From an uncultured Acidobacteriota bacterium (lineage in GTDB: Bacteria > Acidobacteriota > Vicinamibacteria > Vicinamibacterales > CAVVIG01): DNA of 64,000 nt. The stretch is from assembly GCA_963773035.1 (NCBI GenBank), contig CAVYZX010000038.1, forward strand, positions 320,234 through 384,233, written 5' to 3'. The notes under the pieces were generated by a model. It was given only the letters and a program-made list of their open reading frames with translations. It did no database searches and had not been told where the DNA came from. Of this stretch, positions 29,092-39,366 are shown piece after piece (positions within the stretch are counted from its first letter, which is position 1; the number at the start of each line of letters is the position of its first letter). The position numbers and the translations under genes are program-made.

Positions 29092-30345
29092 ATGACAAGC
29101 AAATTGTGTCCGTGTTCGCGGCGCGAATTTCTGGCGCGGGGGCTTTACGGCGTCGGCGTTGGAGCCGGGTTGCCGCTCCTTCTCAGCCGGACATCCGCAG
29201 CTCTCGCCGCGCAAGCGCTGCAGGGCACCAGCCTCGAAAAACATCCCGAGCGCATCCTCGTCGTCGTCGAGCTGTCGGGTGGCAACGACGGCTTGAATAC
29301 GGTCGTCCCGTTCGGTGACGCCGCCTACTATCGCGCCAGGCCGAAATTGGGAATCGCCGAACGCGACGTGATCAAGGTTGCGAATGGTTTCGGATTTCAT
29401 CCCTCGATGATTGGCTTCGAGCGGTTGTACAAGGATGGCTTGCTGAGCGTCATCCACGGCTGCGGGTACGAACATCCCAGCTTGTCTCACTTCTCCTCGA
29501 TGGGCTACTGGCATACTGGCATTCCGAACGGAGGCGACGCGTTGGGATGGCTGGGTCGTCTGGCCGACGAGACCTACGCGGCTTCGACGCGCAACGTCAT
29601 CGTGAACATCGGCAACGCGCAATCGATGGCGGTCCGCAGCCGGAAACATTCACCACTCGTGTTCGACGATCCCGCTCGCTTCCGCCGGGACGGAACCGCA
29701 GACGAGCAGCATGTCCTCGCGGAGGCCGGTCAAGCTCACAAAACGAGCAACTCGACGCTCGAGTTCCTGACGACGATGGCACGCAATGCCAACGAGAGCT
29801 CGGAGCTGGTGCGTCAGGCATCAGCGACCTATCGCACCCCTGTCGACTATGGGTCGGGGGGAGGACTCAGCATCAACCTTCAGCGAGTCGCCGCGCTCAT
29901 CGCCGCTGAAATGCCGACTCGGCTGTACTACGTCAGCTATCAGGGGAATGCGTTCGATACCCACGTCCAGCAGGCCGATCTCCACGGCCGGCTTCTGATG
30001 TACACGGCAGACGCCGTGCGGGGATTCCTGGACGACGTCAATCGCATCGGCCGCAAAGACGACGTCGCGGTGATGCTGTTCACCGAATTCGGCCGTCGCG
30101 TCGAGGAGAACGGCAGCCTGGGCACGGACCACGGCACTGCTACGCCGATGTTCGTCGCCGGTCATGGCGTCAAGGGCGGCTTCTACGGGACACCCCCGAG
30201 CCTGACCGACCTCGACGACGGGAACATGAAGATGACGACCGATTTCAGGCGTGTGTACGCATCGCTGATCCAGGAATGGCTCGGTTACGACGACACACCG
30301 TTGGTCCTCAAAGGCCGCTTCGACCCAATCGGGATGTTCGCGTGA
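29092..30345 (+). CDS. DUF1501 domain-containing protein (sulfatase-like fold, Tat signal)
   Basis: ATG 29092 gives MTSKLCPCSRREFLARGLYGVGVGAG. Blocks VVELSGGNDGLNTVVP and TEFGRRVEENGSLGTDHG are present. Confidence 0.85.
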   Translation: MTSKLCPCSRREFLARGLYGVGVGAGLPLLLSRTSAALAAQALQGTSLEKHPERILVVVELSGGNDGLNTVVPFGDAAYYRARPKLGIAERDVIKVANGFGFHPSMIGFERLYKDGLLSVIHGCGYEHPSLSHFSSMGYWHTGIPNGGDALGWLGRLADETYAASTRNVIVNIGNAQSMAVRSRKHSPLVFDDPARFRRDGTADEQHVLAEAGQAHKTSNSTLEFLTTMARNANESSELVRQASATYRTPVDYGSGGGLSINLQRVAALIAAEMPTRLYYVSYQGNAFDTHVQQADLHGRLLMYTADAVRGFLDDVNRIGRKDDVAVMLFTEFGRRVEENGSLGTDHGTATPMFVAGHGVKGGFYGTPPSLTDLDDGNMKMTTDFRRVYASLIQEWLGYDDTPLVLKGRFDPIGMFA

Positions 30346-30355
30346 AATACACAAA

Positions 30356-30766
30356 ATGCCTGTGCACACACACGGCCTGACACATGTGGCGCTCGCCGTG
30401 CGCGACCCGCAAAAATCTCTCCGCTTCTACCAGTCCGTGATCGGTGTCGTGCCCGTCTACGTGCAGAGCGATTTCGTTCAGGCGCAGACGCCAGGCAGCC
30501 GCGATGTGCTCGTCTTCGAGCGCAAGCCCAGGCATGCTGGTAAACCGGGCGGAGTCGCCCACTTCGGCTTCCGCTTGAAGCGCGCCGCAGACATCAAACG
30601 GGCTTTGACAGCCATTCGCGCGGCGGGCGGCAAAGTGCGCGAGCACGGCGAGTTCGTTCCGGGCGAGCCATACGTGTTCTTTCAGGATCCAGACGGCTAC
30701 GACGTGGAAATCTGGTACGAGCTGCCGACTCCAATCGACCCGCCGATTCCCCAACGCTCGCGGTAA
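30356..30766 (+). CDS. VOC/glyoxalase family protein
   Basis: 136 aa with the blocks LTHVALAVRDPQKSLRFYQSVIG and FFQDPDGYDVEIW. Confidence 0.85.
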   Translation: MPVHTHGLTHVALAVRDPQKSLRFYQSVIGVVPVYVQSDFVQAQTPGSRDVLVFERKPRHAGKPGGVAHFGFRLKRAADIKRALTAIRAAGGKVREHGEFVPGEPYVFFQDPDGYDVEIWYELPTPIDPPIPQRSR

Positions 30767-30770
30767 CCGG

Positions 30771-30798
30771 GTAGCTTCCGGCTTAAGCCGGAAGCTAC
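30771..30798. repeat. perfect 28-bp palindrome gtagcttccggcttaagccggaagctac (copy 1)
   Basis: Sits exactly between two convergent genes and overlaps the stop codon of the minus-strand gene (30795-30797). Identical to 36072-36099. Possible bidirectional terminator, but there is no U-tract. Confidence 0.85.
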
Positions 30799-31994
30799 GG
30801 CTTCACGAACGCTCTCGCCTGTTGGCCGACGATATCCAAAAGATTACCCATCGCCAGGTTCATATCGATCAGGTGAAGCCCCCAGTTCGCCAGCACCTGA
30901 CCGTTCGCGCCAAGATCGCCGGTGATGTCGTCGGTGCGAGGATCGGATGGATTGCCGTGAACCGTCACTTCGAGAAACGTCGCCTGTTCGTTGGACGTGC
31001 ATCGAGCGGTCAGTAAGCCGGGAACACTGACCCACGGTGTCGCGATTGACTGTTCGGGCACGACCCAGGGCTTCGGTTGCGAAATGCCGACGATGGTTCG
31101 TCCGTCCGTCGCGAGATAGGCGTGCAGCTCGCCGCTGCCACCGGCGAGAGCAGTGGGATTCGTGCAGGCCGCCACCATCCCCTGGTCGGCCACTTTTCCG
31201 AACAATGTGTTGCTCGGAGGCGGTACCGTCGATCGGAATGACGCGAACGTGAGAACGCATCCCGTCTGGGTGGCCCTTTCACAAAGAGGAATGTGCTGAA
31301 AGGTTCCGCCGACGGTCTTCCCGCGCGGCACGGCCAGCGTGGCGCCGAGCAGCACTGCCGAAACCAACCGCGATTGCACGGGTTGTCCGTCGATCTCCTT
31401 GCGAATCAGCTCGGCCAGGACGAAGGAGCCCTGCGAGTGACCGACCAGCACGAAACCGCGGCCCTTGTTGTCGTGCTCGAGATAGTGGTGCCACGCGTTG
31501 CGGACATCGTCGTACCCGATGCCCCGGTCGAGCGAGACACCGCCACCTGCCATCATCTGACGGAGGCCTGCCAGGCTCACTTGGCGATATAGCGGCGCGT
31601 AGAGGCGGCACTTCGACCCGAAACGCGCGAATTGCTGGCGCACGACGTTCAATTCGGCCGGGTCGGCGTTCATGTCGCTGTTGGGTGTTGGGTCGGTTGA
31701 AACAGTCGGGTAGAGGTAGAAACAATCAATGGACGCGTTCGGATCGGCGGTCCACCCTTCCCGGGTCAGTGCGCCGTTCGCAGCGATCACGGTCGCCGTC
31801 AAATCGACATCGCAGGCGTCGTGACGGCCCGGCCGGCAGAGCCACGTCTTCCCGTCGCTGTAGTCGTTTGGCCGTACAGCTTCAGCAGGCGGTGACGCCG
31901 TCGTCTGCGCGCGAGCAGGCCAGGCGCCGAGCAGAACCACGACTGAAACCACAGCATGTCGACCAGATCGTTTCGCATGTGATCTCCACACCAC
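30795..31994 (-). CDS. secreted alpha/beta hydrolase (DUF3089-like, tentative)
   Basis: 399 aa with a signal peptide and a GHSQGS nucleophile elbow. The block IDCFYLYPTVS resembles DUF3089 from memory. Confidence 0.7.
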   Translation of the reverse strand: MVWRSHAKRSGRHAVVSVVVLLGAWPARAQTTASPPAEAVRPNDYSDGKTWLCRPGRHDACDVDLTATVIAANGALTREGWTADPNASIDCFYLYPTVSTDPTPNSDMNADPAELNVVRQQFARFGSKCRLYAPLYRQVSLAGLRQMMAGGGVSLDRGIGYDDVRNAWHHYLEHDNKGRGFVLVGHSQGSFVLAELIRKEIDGQPVQSRLVSAVLLGATLAVPRGKTVGGTFQHIPLCERATQTGCVLTFASFRSTVPPPSNTLFGKVADQGMVAACTNPTALAGGSGELHAYLATDGRTIVGISQPKPWVVPEQSIATPWVSVPGLLTARCTSNEQATFLEVTVHGNPSDPRTDDITGDLGANGQVLANWGLHLIDMNLAMGNLLDIVGQQARAFVKP

Positions 31995-32032
31995 ATGTCA
32001 CTTTCCAACTATTCCACTTTTCCCTTTTACTT

Positions 32033-33424
32033 TTAAATTTGCGAGAGCGTCGGGTGCATAGTATGCCACTTCGTCGCGCGCTCGTACGCAAGCGCGACGC
32101 GGAGTATGGTTGCTTCGTCGTACAGGCGGCCCGTGATCATCAACGCTTGTGGCAGGCCGTCGACGAAACCTGCCTTCAGGCATACGGCGGGGTGGCCGGT
32201 CAGGTTGGTGAGCGGCAGGCTCGCGCTGTTCCGTGCCGATGAAAGAAAGACGTCGTACCGCGCCATCAGCGCGTCCATGCGACGGCAGAGCAGTGTTCGA
32301 GCCCGCTGGGCACGAATGTATTCGACCGCCGGAATGAAGCGCGAGGTCCTGAACGTGTTCGGCCACGACGTAGGGGCTTGTTCGGTCAGGTCGTCGATGC
32401 CCTTGCTGCGCGTCAAGTCGTCGAACGCCGCCGCTGCTTCGGCGGACAGGATAAAGTTCATCGCGGCGATGGGAAAGTCCGGCAGAGCAATCGGTTCTGG
32501 CTTCGCCCCGATCGAGCGGAACACATCCAAGGCGTCCTTCAAGAGTTTTGGGTTTGCAAGAGGGTTCGGCTGATCGCTGGTGAATTCCTGCTCGACGTAT
32601 CCAATGCGAAGTTTTGAAAGCGGCACTCGAGGATTCCACGTAAACGGGGCATCGACCGCCGAGTCGTCTCGGCCGTCGGTGCCGTAGATCGCGTTGAACA
32701 CGAGCGCGCAGTCCTCGACGCTCCGACACATCGGTCCGATCTTGTCCATCGTCCAACTCAGTCCCATCGCTCCGTAGCGGCTGACGCGCCCGTAGGTGGG
32801 ACGCAGGCCGACGACGCCGCAAATGCTCGATGGGGTGATGATCGACCCGCGCGTCTCGGTACCGAGCGCGAACCCGACCAGTCCGGCTGCCGTCGCCGAT
32901 CCCGGACCGGCGGATGATCCGCTCGAGCCAGTCTCGGGCATCCATGGATTGCGGGTCGTGCCGCCGAACCACACTCCGCCTTGCGCCAGCGATCCCATGG
33001 AGAGCTTTGCGACCAGGACTGCTCCGGCTTCCCGCAGGCGCTCGACGACAGTCGCATCGACGTCGAGCACCTGAGATTCAAATGGCTTCGCGCCCCAGGT
33101 CGTCCGGATGCCCTTGGTGGCGAAGAGATCTTTCGCACCCCATGGAATGCCGTGCAGCGGCCCGCGGTATCGGCCCCTTTTCAGTTCCCGGTCCGCCTTT
33201 GCGGCCTCCGCGAGTGCGAGATCCTTGGTGAGGGTCACGACGCAATGCAGCGGGTCGCCGTAGTGCTCCAGGCGGTCGAGATACATCTTGGTCAAGGCAC
33301 TCGCTGTGATTCGGCGGCTCTTGATGAGCGACGAGAGCACGGTGACCGGCTCGAACGCCAATTCGTCGAGGCGGGATGTGACTCGCACGTGCGCTCGTCT
33401 TACCGGCAATCGCGAGCGGAGCAT
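32033..33424 (-). CDS. amidase (amidase-signature family); Tat-signal N-terminus lies in another frame upstream
   Basis: AS-family blocks GIPWGAKDLF and GSSGSSAGPGSATAAGLVGFALGTETRGSIITPS. The ORF 33078..33764 encodes MKQFSRRRFFAAVAAASA... plus a typical amidase leader up to about 33430, so the gene is probably one frameshifted unit, 32033..33764. Confidence 0.85.
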   Translation of the reverse strand: MLRSRLPVRRAHVRVTSRLDELAFEPVTVLSSLIKSRRITASALTKMYLDRLEHYGDPLHCVVTLTKDLALAEAAKADRELKRGRYRGPLHGIPWGAKDLFATKGIRTTWGAKPFESQVLDVDATVVERLREAGAVLVAKLSMGSLAQGGVWFGGTTRNPWMPETGSSGSSAGPGSATAAGLVGFALGTETRGSIITPSSICGVVGLRPTYGRVSRYGAMGLSWTMDKIGPMCRSVEDCALVFNAIYGTDGRDDSAVDAPFTWNPRVPLSKLRIGYVEQEFTSDQPNPLANPKLLKDALDVFRSIGAKPEPIALPDFPIAAMNFILSAEAAAAFDDLTRSKGIDDLTEQAPTSWPNTFRTSRFIPAVEYIRAQRARTLLCRRMDALMARYDVFLSSARNSASLPLTNLTGHPAVCLKAGFVDGLPQALMITGRLYDEATILRVALAYERATKWHTMHPTLSQI

Positions 33425-33831
33425 TGCGGGTTGCGCGTCCTCGCGGCTGTTTTCCTGGTGGGTAGGGCCGAAAGGTCAGCGGTGGCTCCGTGTCCAGCGG
33501 AATGTCGATGGCGCGCAGCGCCTCGTAGCTCTCGAGGTTTCGGTTGACTCCTGCGATCGCCATGTCTTCTTCGGGATCGGTGAAGTGCAAGCCGGCGATC
33601 GCTTCGGCGGCTTGCAGGGCGTCGTTTCCGACGCGAACCCGCGTCGCTTCCTGCTGAGCCTCGGTTGCGTTGAAGTCCTTCGCCACATCGGCGATTGAAA
33701 CGCTTGGTACGGCGGAGGCTGCTGCGACCGCAGCAAAAAATCGTCGGCGGCTGAACTGCTTCATGAAAGTGCGCTCCAGTTGGGTAATTACCGAGACCTT
33801 CTAGCACAAACGCCGATAAGATTGATTGGAG

Positions 33832-36027
33832 ATGTCAGTCGGTCATGCAAGCGACATCGAAACGGCGCTGGCTCGATTGGCGGCGGGGCGCAGCAGCGAT
33901 CCGTTCGCCGTCCTCGGCCCTCATCCTGCCGAATCCTCCCGTGGCACGGTCATCCGGGTCTTTCAGCCGGCCGCTCGATCCGTAGCCCTCCGACTGGCTT
34001 CGGGCGACGTGCCCATGAAGCCGCGCAGTCCAGAAGGGCTGTACGAGGCCACCGTCGATCTCAACGCACCGGATTATCGCCTGCGCGTGACATATTCTGG
34101 CGATCACGCGATCGATCTCGACGATCCATACCGCTACGGGCGGGTCCTGACCGATTTCGACCTGCATTTGCTGAGCGAAGGTACACATCATCGAGCGTTC
34201 GAAAAGCTGGGCGCGCATCGAATCTCGGTCGGATCGACCGCAGGTGTGCACTTTGCGGTGTGGGCGCCAAACGGGGAGCGCGTCAGCGTCATCGGCGACT
34301 TCAACGGCTGGGACGGCCGCGTTCATCCCATGCGGATGCTGGCGCCCAGCGGCATCTGGGAAATCTTCATTCCAGGCTTGCCGGACGGCGAGAAGTACAA
34401 GTTCGAGATTCGTACTCGAGAGGGCGTGCTTCTCAAGAAGAGCGATCCCATCGGGTTTGCGTTCGAGTCGCCGCCACACTCGGCTTCATTGGTTCGAGAC
34501 ATATCGAAGTACCCATGGCAGGACGAGCGGTGGATGACGACCCGTGTCGGCTATGACCGATGGCTCCCACAGCCGATGGCGATTTACGAGGTCCATTTAG
34601 GGTCCTGGGCGCGCGTGCCCGAGGAGGGCAATCGGTTTCTCACCTATCGCGAACTGGCGCACCGGCTGGTGCCGTACGTCAAGGAAATGGGGTTCACACA
34701 CATCGAGCTGCTGCCGGTGATGGAACATCCATTTTCAGGATCGTGGGGGTATCAGGTGCTGGGGTTCTTTGCCCCGACAAGCCGGTTCGGTCCACCGGAA
34801 GATTTCAAGATGTTCGTCGACGCGTGTCATCGGGCCGACATCGGCGTCATCCTCGACTGGGTGCCCGGCCACTTTCCGAAAGACGAATACGGCCTCGCGC
34901 ATTTCGATGGAACTGCCCTCTACGAGCACGCGGATCCAAGACAAGGCGAACACCCGGACTGGGGAACGCTGGTCTTCAACTACGGACGCCACGAGGTCAG
35001 AAACTTTCTGCTGTCGAACGCGCTGTTCTGGCTGGAGGAGTACCACGCCGACGGTCTGCGCGTCGATGCGGTCGCATCGATGCTCTATCTGGATTATTCG
35101 CGCGGTAAAGGGGAGTGGGTCCCGAATCGCTTCGGGGGACGCGAGAACCTCGAGGCGGTCGAATTTCTGCAGGAGCTGAACCGGCTCACGCACGGTTATG
35201 CCGGCACGATGACAGCGGCGGAGGAGTCCACCTCGTGGCCTGGAGTCAGCCGGCCGGTGCACCTTGGTGGGCTCGGTTTTACCTACAAGTGGAACATGGG
35301 TTGGATGCACGACATGCTCGGTTACGCGCATCTGGACCCGGTTCATCGTCGCTGGAAGCACAGCCTCGTGACGTTCTCCGGCCTCTACATGCACAGCGAG
35401 AACTTCATCCTGCCCTTCTCGCACGACGAGGTCGTGCACGGCAAAGGGGCGATGCTGGACAAGATGCCCGGAGACGTCTGGCAGAAGCACGCCACGCTCC
35501 GCACTTTGTATGGCTACATGTACGGCCACCCGGGCAAGAAGCTGATGTTCATGGGCAGTGAGTTCGGTCAGTGGCGCGAATGGCACCACGATCGCAGCCT
35601 CGACTGGCATCTGCTGGATGATCCGGCCCATGTCGGACTGCGCCGCTACGTCCAGGCGCTCAACTGGCACTATCGCTCGGAGCCGGCGTTGTACGAGCGC
35701 GACTACGAGCCTGACGGTTTCCGCTGGATCGATTGCGACGACAACGAAAACAGCGTGGTCTCGCTGGTGCGCTACGCCAGAAATCGAGAAGACTTCGTGG
35801 TCATGGTGTTCAATTTCACGCCAGTACCACGACCCGAATATCGCATCGGGGTCCCGGCCGCGGGCTGGTACGCCGAGTTGTTGAACAGTGACGCGTCGAT
35901 TTACGGAGGCAGCAACATGGGCAATTGTGGCGGCGTCCACAGCGAGCCCATCAAGGACCACGGCTTCGACCACTCGCTTCGCGTCCTCGTCCCGCCGCTT
36001 GGTTGCCTGCTACTGAAGAAACGCTGA
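33832..36027 (+). CDS. glgB: 1,4-alpha-glucan branching enzyme
   Basis: About 731 aa with GH13 blocks [35 protein letters not shown] and [17 protein letters not shown] is open from TTG 33826 and the first ATG is at 33832. Confidence 0.95.
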   Translation: MSVGHASDIETALARLAAGRSSDPFAVLGPHPAESSRGTVIRVFQPAARSVALRLASGDVPMKPRSPEGLYEATVDLNAPDYRLRVTYSGDHAIDLDDPYRYGRVLTDFDLHLLSEGTHHRAFEKLGAHRISVGSTAGVHFAVWAPNGERVSVIGDFNGWDGRVHPMRMLAPSGIWEIFIPGLPDGEKYKFEIRTREGVLLKKSDPIGFAFESPPHSASLVRDISKYPWQDERWMTTRVGYDRWLPQPMAIYEVHLGSWARVPEEGNRFLTYRELAHRLVPYVKEMGFTHIELLPVMEHPFSGSWGYQVLGFFAPTSRFGPPEDFKMFVDACHRADIGVILDWVPGHFPKDEYGLAHFDGTALYEHADPRQGEHPDWGTLVFNYGRHEVRNFLLSNALFWLEEYHADGLRVDAVASMLYLDYSRGKGEWVPNRFGGRENLEAVEFLQELNRLTHGYAGTMTAAEESTSWPGVSRPVHLGGLGFTYKWNMGWMHDMLGYAHLDPVHRRWKHSLVTFSGLYMHSENFILPFSHDEVVHGKGAMLDKMPGDVWQKHATLRTLYGYMYGHPGKKLMFMGSEFGQWREWHHDRSLDWHLLDDPAHVGLRRYVQALNWHYRSEPALYERDYEPDGFRWIDCDDNENSVVSLVRYARNREDFVVMVFNFTPVPRPEYRIGVPAAGWYAELLNSDASIYGGSNMGNCGGVHSEPIKDHGFDHSLRVLVPPLGCLLLKKR

Positions 36028-36045
36028 TTAGCCTCGTAGGCCTGT

Positions 36046-36135
36046 AACCACGAAGTCACGAAGGCCAAAAAGTAGCTTCCGGCTTAAGCCGGAAGCTACA
36101 GTGGAGAGCTTCGTGCTCTTCGTGTCTTCGTGGTT
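36046..36135. repeat. composite intergenic element: CACGAAG-repeat arms flanking the 28-bp palindrome (copy 2 at 36072-36099)
   Basis: The order is aaccacgaagtcacgaaggcc, then gtagcttccggcttaagccggaagctac, then gcttcgtgctcttcgtgtcttcgtggtt. The arms are mutually reverse-complementary. Confidence 0.85.
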
Positions 36136-36142
36136 TACTGGC

Positions 36143-37348
36143 ATGCGATCGACTCGTATGGCGCTGGAATCGTCCCGAACTGCCGTCCTGGCAATTGTCA
36201 TCCTGGCGACCTTCACGGACATCGTCGCCTACTCGATCGCCGTGCCAGTACTGCCGGACTTGAGCCGGAAGCTTGGCGCCTCTCCCACGACGATCGGTCT
36301 GTTGTTCGCGTCGTTCGGTGTGACGCTGCTCAGCGTCTCGATCCCGATGGGCGCGGCGTCGGACCGGATCGGCCGCAAAGGTCCGCTGGTTGCGGGCCTC
36401 GCCGGATTGGCGGCAGCCACCCTCTTGTTCGCGTTCGCCAACAGTCTGCCCGGGCTCTTTGCCGCACGTCTCGCTCAAGGTGCCGCCGATGCTGTGGCAT
36501 GGGTTGTCGGGCTGGCGTTGTTGGCGGACGTGTACGAGCCTTCCGAGCGCGGATGGGCCACAGGGATCGTGATGTCGGGGTCGAGTTTCGCGTTCATGAT
36601 CGGGCCGTCTCTCGGAGGATGGCTGTACGAGATCGGCGGCATCCGCCTCCCCTTCATCATCGTCGCCGTGATGGCCGCAACCGCGGCGATAGGCGCGGCG
36701 CGACTCAAGCTTCCAGATCGCCAGGCAGACGCCGAACCGATTCCGGTTGCTTCGATCGTCCGATTACCCGCCGTTGGAGCCTGCGCGGCTGCGGTTGTCG
36801 TCGCTGCGGCCACCATTTCCATGCTCGAGCCGGTGCTGGCGCTCCAACTCGAGTCCTTGGGCGTGAATCCCGGTCGGGTCGGCATCGTCTTTGGTGTGGC
36901 GGCTCTAGCGTCGGCTGGATTACATCCGGTGGCGGGCCGACTTGCCGATCGCTTTGGAGCGCGCCGCCTCACGCTTTGGGGCCTGGTGATTTTTGCAGCC
37001 GTGCTTCCGATCCTCGGCCTCACGTGGAACTTCGAATCGGCGATCGTGTTTTATGTGATTCAGGCCGCAGCCATGGCGCTCGTAATCGCTCCGTCGGTGG
37101 CATACATGGGCGACGCGGTGTCAGCCGCCGGCATCGGATCGTTCGGCGTGGCGTACGGCCTTTATAACGTCGCCTGGGGTGCGGGTCTGCTGGGCGGGCC
37201 AGCCCTCGGTGGGTTTCTATTCGAGCGCCTGGGATTCGGACCTCTGACGCTTGCCTGGGCGCCGGCGGTCGTGATGGCCACGCTCCTCATCGCCAGGGTC
37301 GGGACCACGCCCAACCCACGCCAGGCACAGGCCGACGTTGGGCTATGA
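36143..37348 (+). CDS. MFS transporter
   Basis: 12-TM-like profile with the MFS motif GAASDRIGRKGPL. ORF is open from 36101, but the first 14 codons are the repeat arm, so ATG 36143 (or 36158) is preferred. Confidence 0.85.
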   Translation: MRSTRMALESSRTAVLAIVILATFTDIVAYSIAVPVLPDLSRKLGASPTTIGLLFASFGVTLLSVSIPMGAASDRIGRKGPLVAGLAGLAAATLLFAFANSLPGLFAARLAQGAADAVAWVVGLALLADVYEPSERGWATGIVMSGSSFAFMIGPSLGGWLYEIGGIRLPFIIVAVMAATAAIGAARLKLPDRQADAEPIPVASIVRLPAVGACAAAVVVAAATISMLEPVLALQLESLGVNPGRVGIVFGVAALASAGLHPVAGRLADRFGARRLTLWGLVIFAAVLPILGLTWNFESAIVFYVIQAAAMALVIAPSVAYMGDAVSAAGIGSFGVAYGLYNVAWGAGLLGGPALGGFLFERLGFGPLTLAWAPAVVMATLLIARVGTTPNPRQAQADVGL

Positions 37349-39358
37349 CTCTCCGGCGAGTTTTCTCTGAGCTTCGTCCTCGTGGAAGACCCTTTCGAAC
37401 TCAGGGGCGACGCCGATGAACGCGTCGACCACTGCCGGATCGAAGTGTGTGCCTTTGCACGAAACGATGAAGTTCACGGTGTCGTCGTGGCCTCGAGATT
37501 GCCGATAGACGTTTCGCGTGACGGCGGCGTCGTAAACGTCCACGAGCGCCATCACTCGTCCCGGAATCGGAATGTCCGTGCCCCTCAAGCCCTCGGGATA
37601 CCCCGTACCATCCCATCGTTCGTGATGTGTGTAGACGATGTCTTTGGCCAGCGTGAGGATCGTGTCGTCGGGGACGCCTGCCTGTTGTTCAGCTTTTAGG
37701 ATGACGTCACGGCCGTGAACTGGATGCTTCCGCATCTCAGCGAGCTCCTCGGGAGTCAGGGCGCCTGGCTTGTTGAGAATGCGATCGGGCACGCCGACCT
37801 TGCCGATGTCATGGAGCGGCGCGAGGCTCGACAGCAGGTCGATCCGCTCTGGCGTCAGATACTCGCGGAATCTCGGATGCGTCGCCAGTTGCTGGGCCAA
37901 TAGCTTCGCGTACAACTGCGTCCGGCGCGAATGACGACCCGTTTCCGGATCTCTGACTTCTGTCAACGACAGCAGCGACTGCACCATCAGGCGCTGCGCT
38001 GTCGACTTCTCTTGTCCGGCGAGATCGGCCCGCTGACGTTCGATCGTGACCCGGGCTCGCGTCATGACGGTGAGCGCCAAGACCACGCCGGCGGACGGAA
38101 ACAGGGGAGAAACGAAAAGGCCGTTGGCCGATAGCAACCAGAGAGCTCCCCACCACAACGTGACAAACGTGCCGGCTCCGGCGATCGTTCCAAGCAGGAG
38201 TCCCCCTCTTGCCACGATCAGAGAGAGCGCGACACCCAGAACGAGCGTGATCTGGCTTTCGAGCGCCGAGCCGACCGCGTGGCGCCGGATGAAGTCCTTT
38301 CGAAGAAGATTGTCGGCGACAGTGGCATGGACCTCGACGCCCGCAAACAGCGTGTCGAGCGGTGTGGCGACGACCTCTCTCGTGCCGAGCGCGGTCGTTC
38401 CGACGAAGACGATCTTGTCCTTCACGCTGCCAGGCGGCAACTGACCGCTGAGCACGTCGGCTGCCGACAAATAGGGGAACGTCCGCTTGCGTCCGCGATA
38501 CCGGACCAGCAAATTGCTCTTCCCGTCCACGGGCACGATCCGGTCGTCGAGAATCAAATGTGCCGTGTTGATGTTGGAGACCCGGAGCGCCGTGTAGCGG
38601 GTGCCCGTCACGGCGGAGACTGCGGCAAGACCGAGCCCAGGATAGGCGCGTCCATCGAGCTGGATCACGAGGGGCACTCGTCTCAGAATGCCGTCCGGAT
38701 CCGGAGCGGCGTTCAGGAAACCGGATGCTCCAGCTGCCTGTGACAGTTCCGGAAGGTTGCAGACGGCGCCGGTTGCGTGAAAGAACGCCGCGTCGCTTTC
38801 CTCCCGCGACTGCACGGCAAGACCTACGGGATGAAGCACGCAGCCGCCCGGCGCGCTGGCAGCCGGGTCGAACGTCATCGCGTAGCCGAGGATCACACGG
38901 CCCTGGTGGAGTGTCTCCGTCAGCGTCGAGTCGGAAGTGGCTGTAGACGGCTTCGAGACCGTGGCGCGGGGCTTTAGCCCCGCGTCCTGCGCCACCTGGG
39001 GCTCTACCTCCGCGAGCCGCGAATCATCGTAGCGATCTCGTTCGGCAAAGATGATGTCGAGTGCGACGGTTGCCGCGCCCAGATCGCGCAGGTTTGCGAT
39101 CAACCGGCCGACCAGGTCGCGGCGCCACGGCCATTGACCAACGGTCGACAGGCTGCGTTCGTCGACGTCGACGATGACGACTTGTCCGGACGGCGGTCTT
39201 GTTGGGCACCAGCGAAGCAGGAGATCGTACACGCCATTGTCGAACCTGGCGATGAACGAGGGGCGATAAAGAGCCAGGACCGCAACGATGATGGTCGGTA
39301 CTAGGCCGCACAGGAAGGTGATGCGACGAACGGTCGAATGATGGTCGTGCGAGGCCAA
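37343..39358 (-). CDS. CHASE2 sensor / HD-GYP phosphodiesterase
   Basis: 671 aa. CHASE2 block VVIVDVDERSLSTVGQWPWRRDLVGRLIANLRDLGAATVALDIIFAE, three C-terminal CHASE2 TM helices, then HD-GYP (LHDIGKVGVPDRIL..., HHERWDGTGYPEGL). Confidence 0.85.
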   Translation of the reverse strand: MASHDHHSTVRRITFLCGLVPTIIVAVLALYRPSFIARFDNGVYDLLLRWCPTRPPSGQVVIVDVDERSLSTVGQWPWRRDLVGRLIANLRDLGAATVALDIIFAERDRYDDSRLAEVEPQVAQDAGLKPRATVSKPSTATSDSTLTETLHQGRVILGYAMTFDPAASAPGGCVLHPVGLAVQSREESDAAFFHATGAVCNLPELSQAAGASGFLNAAPDPDGILRRVPLVIQLDGRAYPGLGLAAVSAVTGTRYTALRVSNINTAHLILDDRIVPVDGKSNLLVRYRGRKRTFPYLSAADVLSGQLPPGSVKDKIVFVGTTALGTREVVATPLDTLFAGVEVHATVADNLLRKDFIRRHAVGSALESQITLVLGVALSLIVARGGLLLGTIAGAGTFVTLWWGALWLLSANGLFVSPLFPSAGVVLALTVMTRARVTIERQRADLAGQEKSTAQRLMVQSLLSLTEVRDPETGRHSRRTQLYAKLLAQQLATHPRFREYLTPERIDLLSSLAPLHDIGKVGVPDRILNKPGALTPEELAEMRKHPVHGRDVILKAEQQAGVPDDTILTLAKDIVYTHHERWDGTGYPEGLRGTDIPIPGRVMALVDVYDAAVTRNVYRQSRGHDDTVNFIVSCKGTHFDPAVVDAFIGVAPEFERVFHEDEAQRKLAGES

Positions 39359-39366
39359 CCCGTCGA

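Noticed and set aside
28983-29318. 111-aa ORF starting MNHKAHKGHKATLGLFLVFFVFFVV
   Set aside because: Its N-terminus is just the translation of the CACAAAG/CTTCGTG repeat arms. The remainder is out of frame with the clearly real DUF1501 gene.
34735-35973. 412-aa minus-strand ORF
   Set aside because: It is antisense to glgB, which has unambiguous GH13 motifs. This is a mirror-frame artefact.
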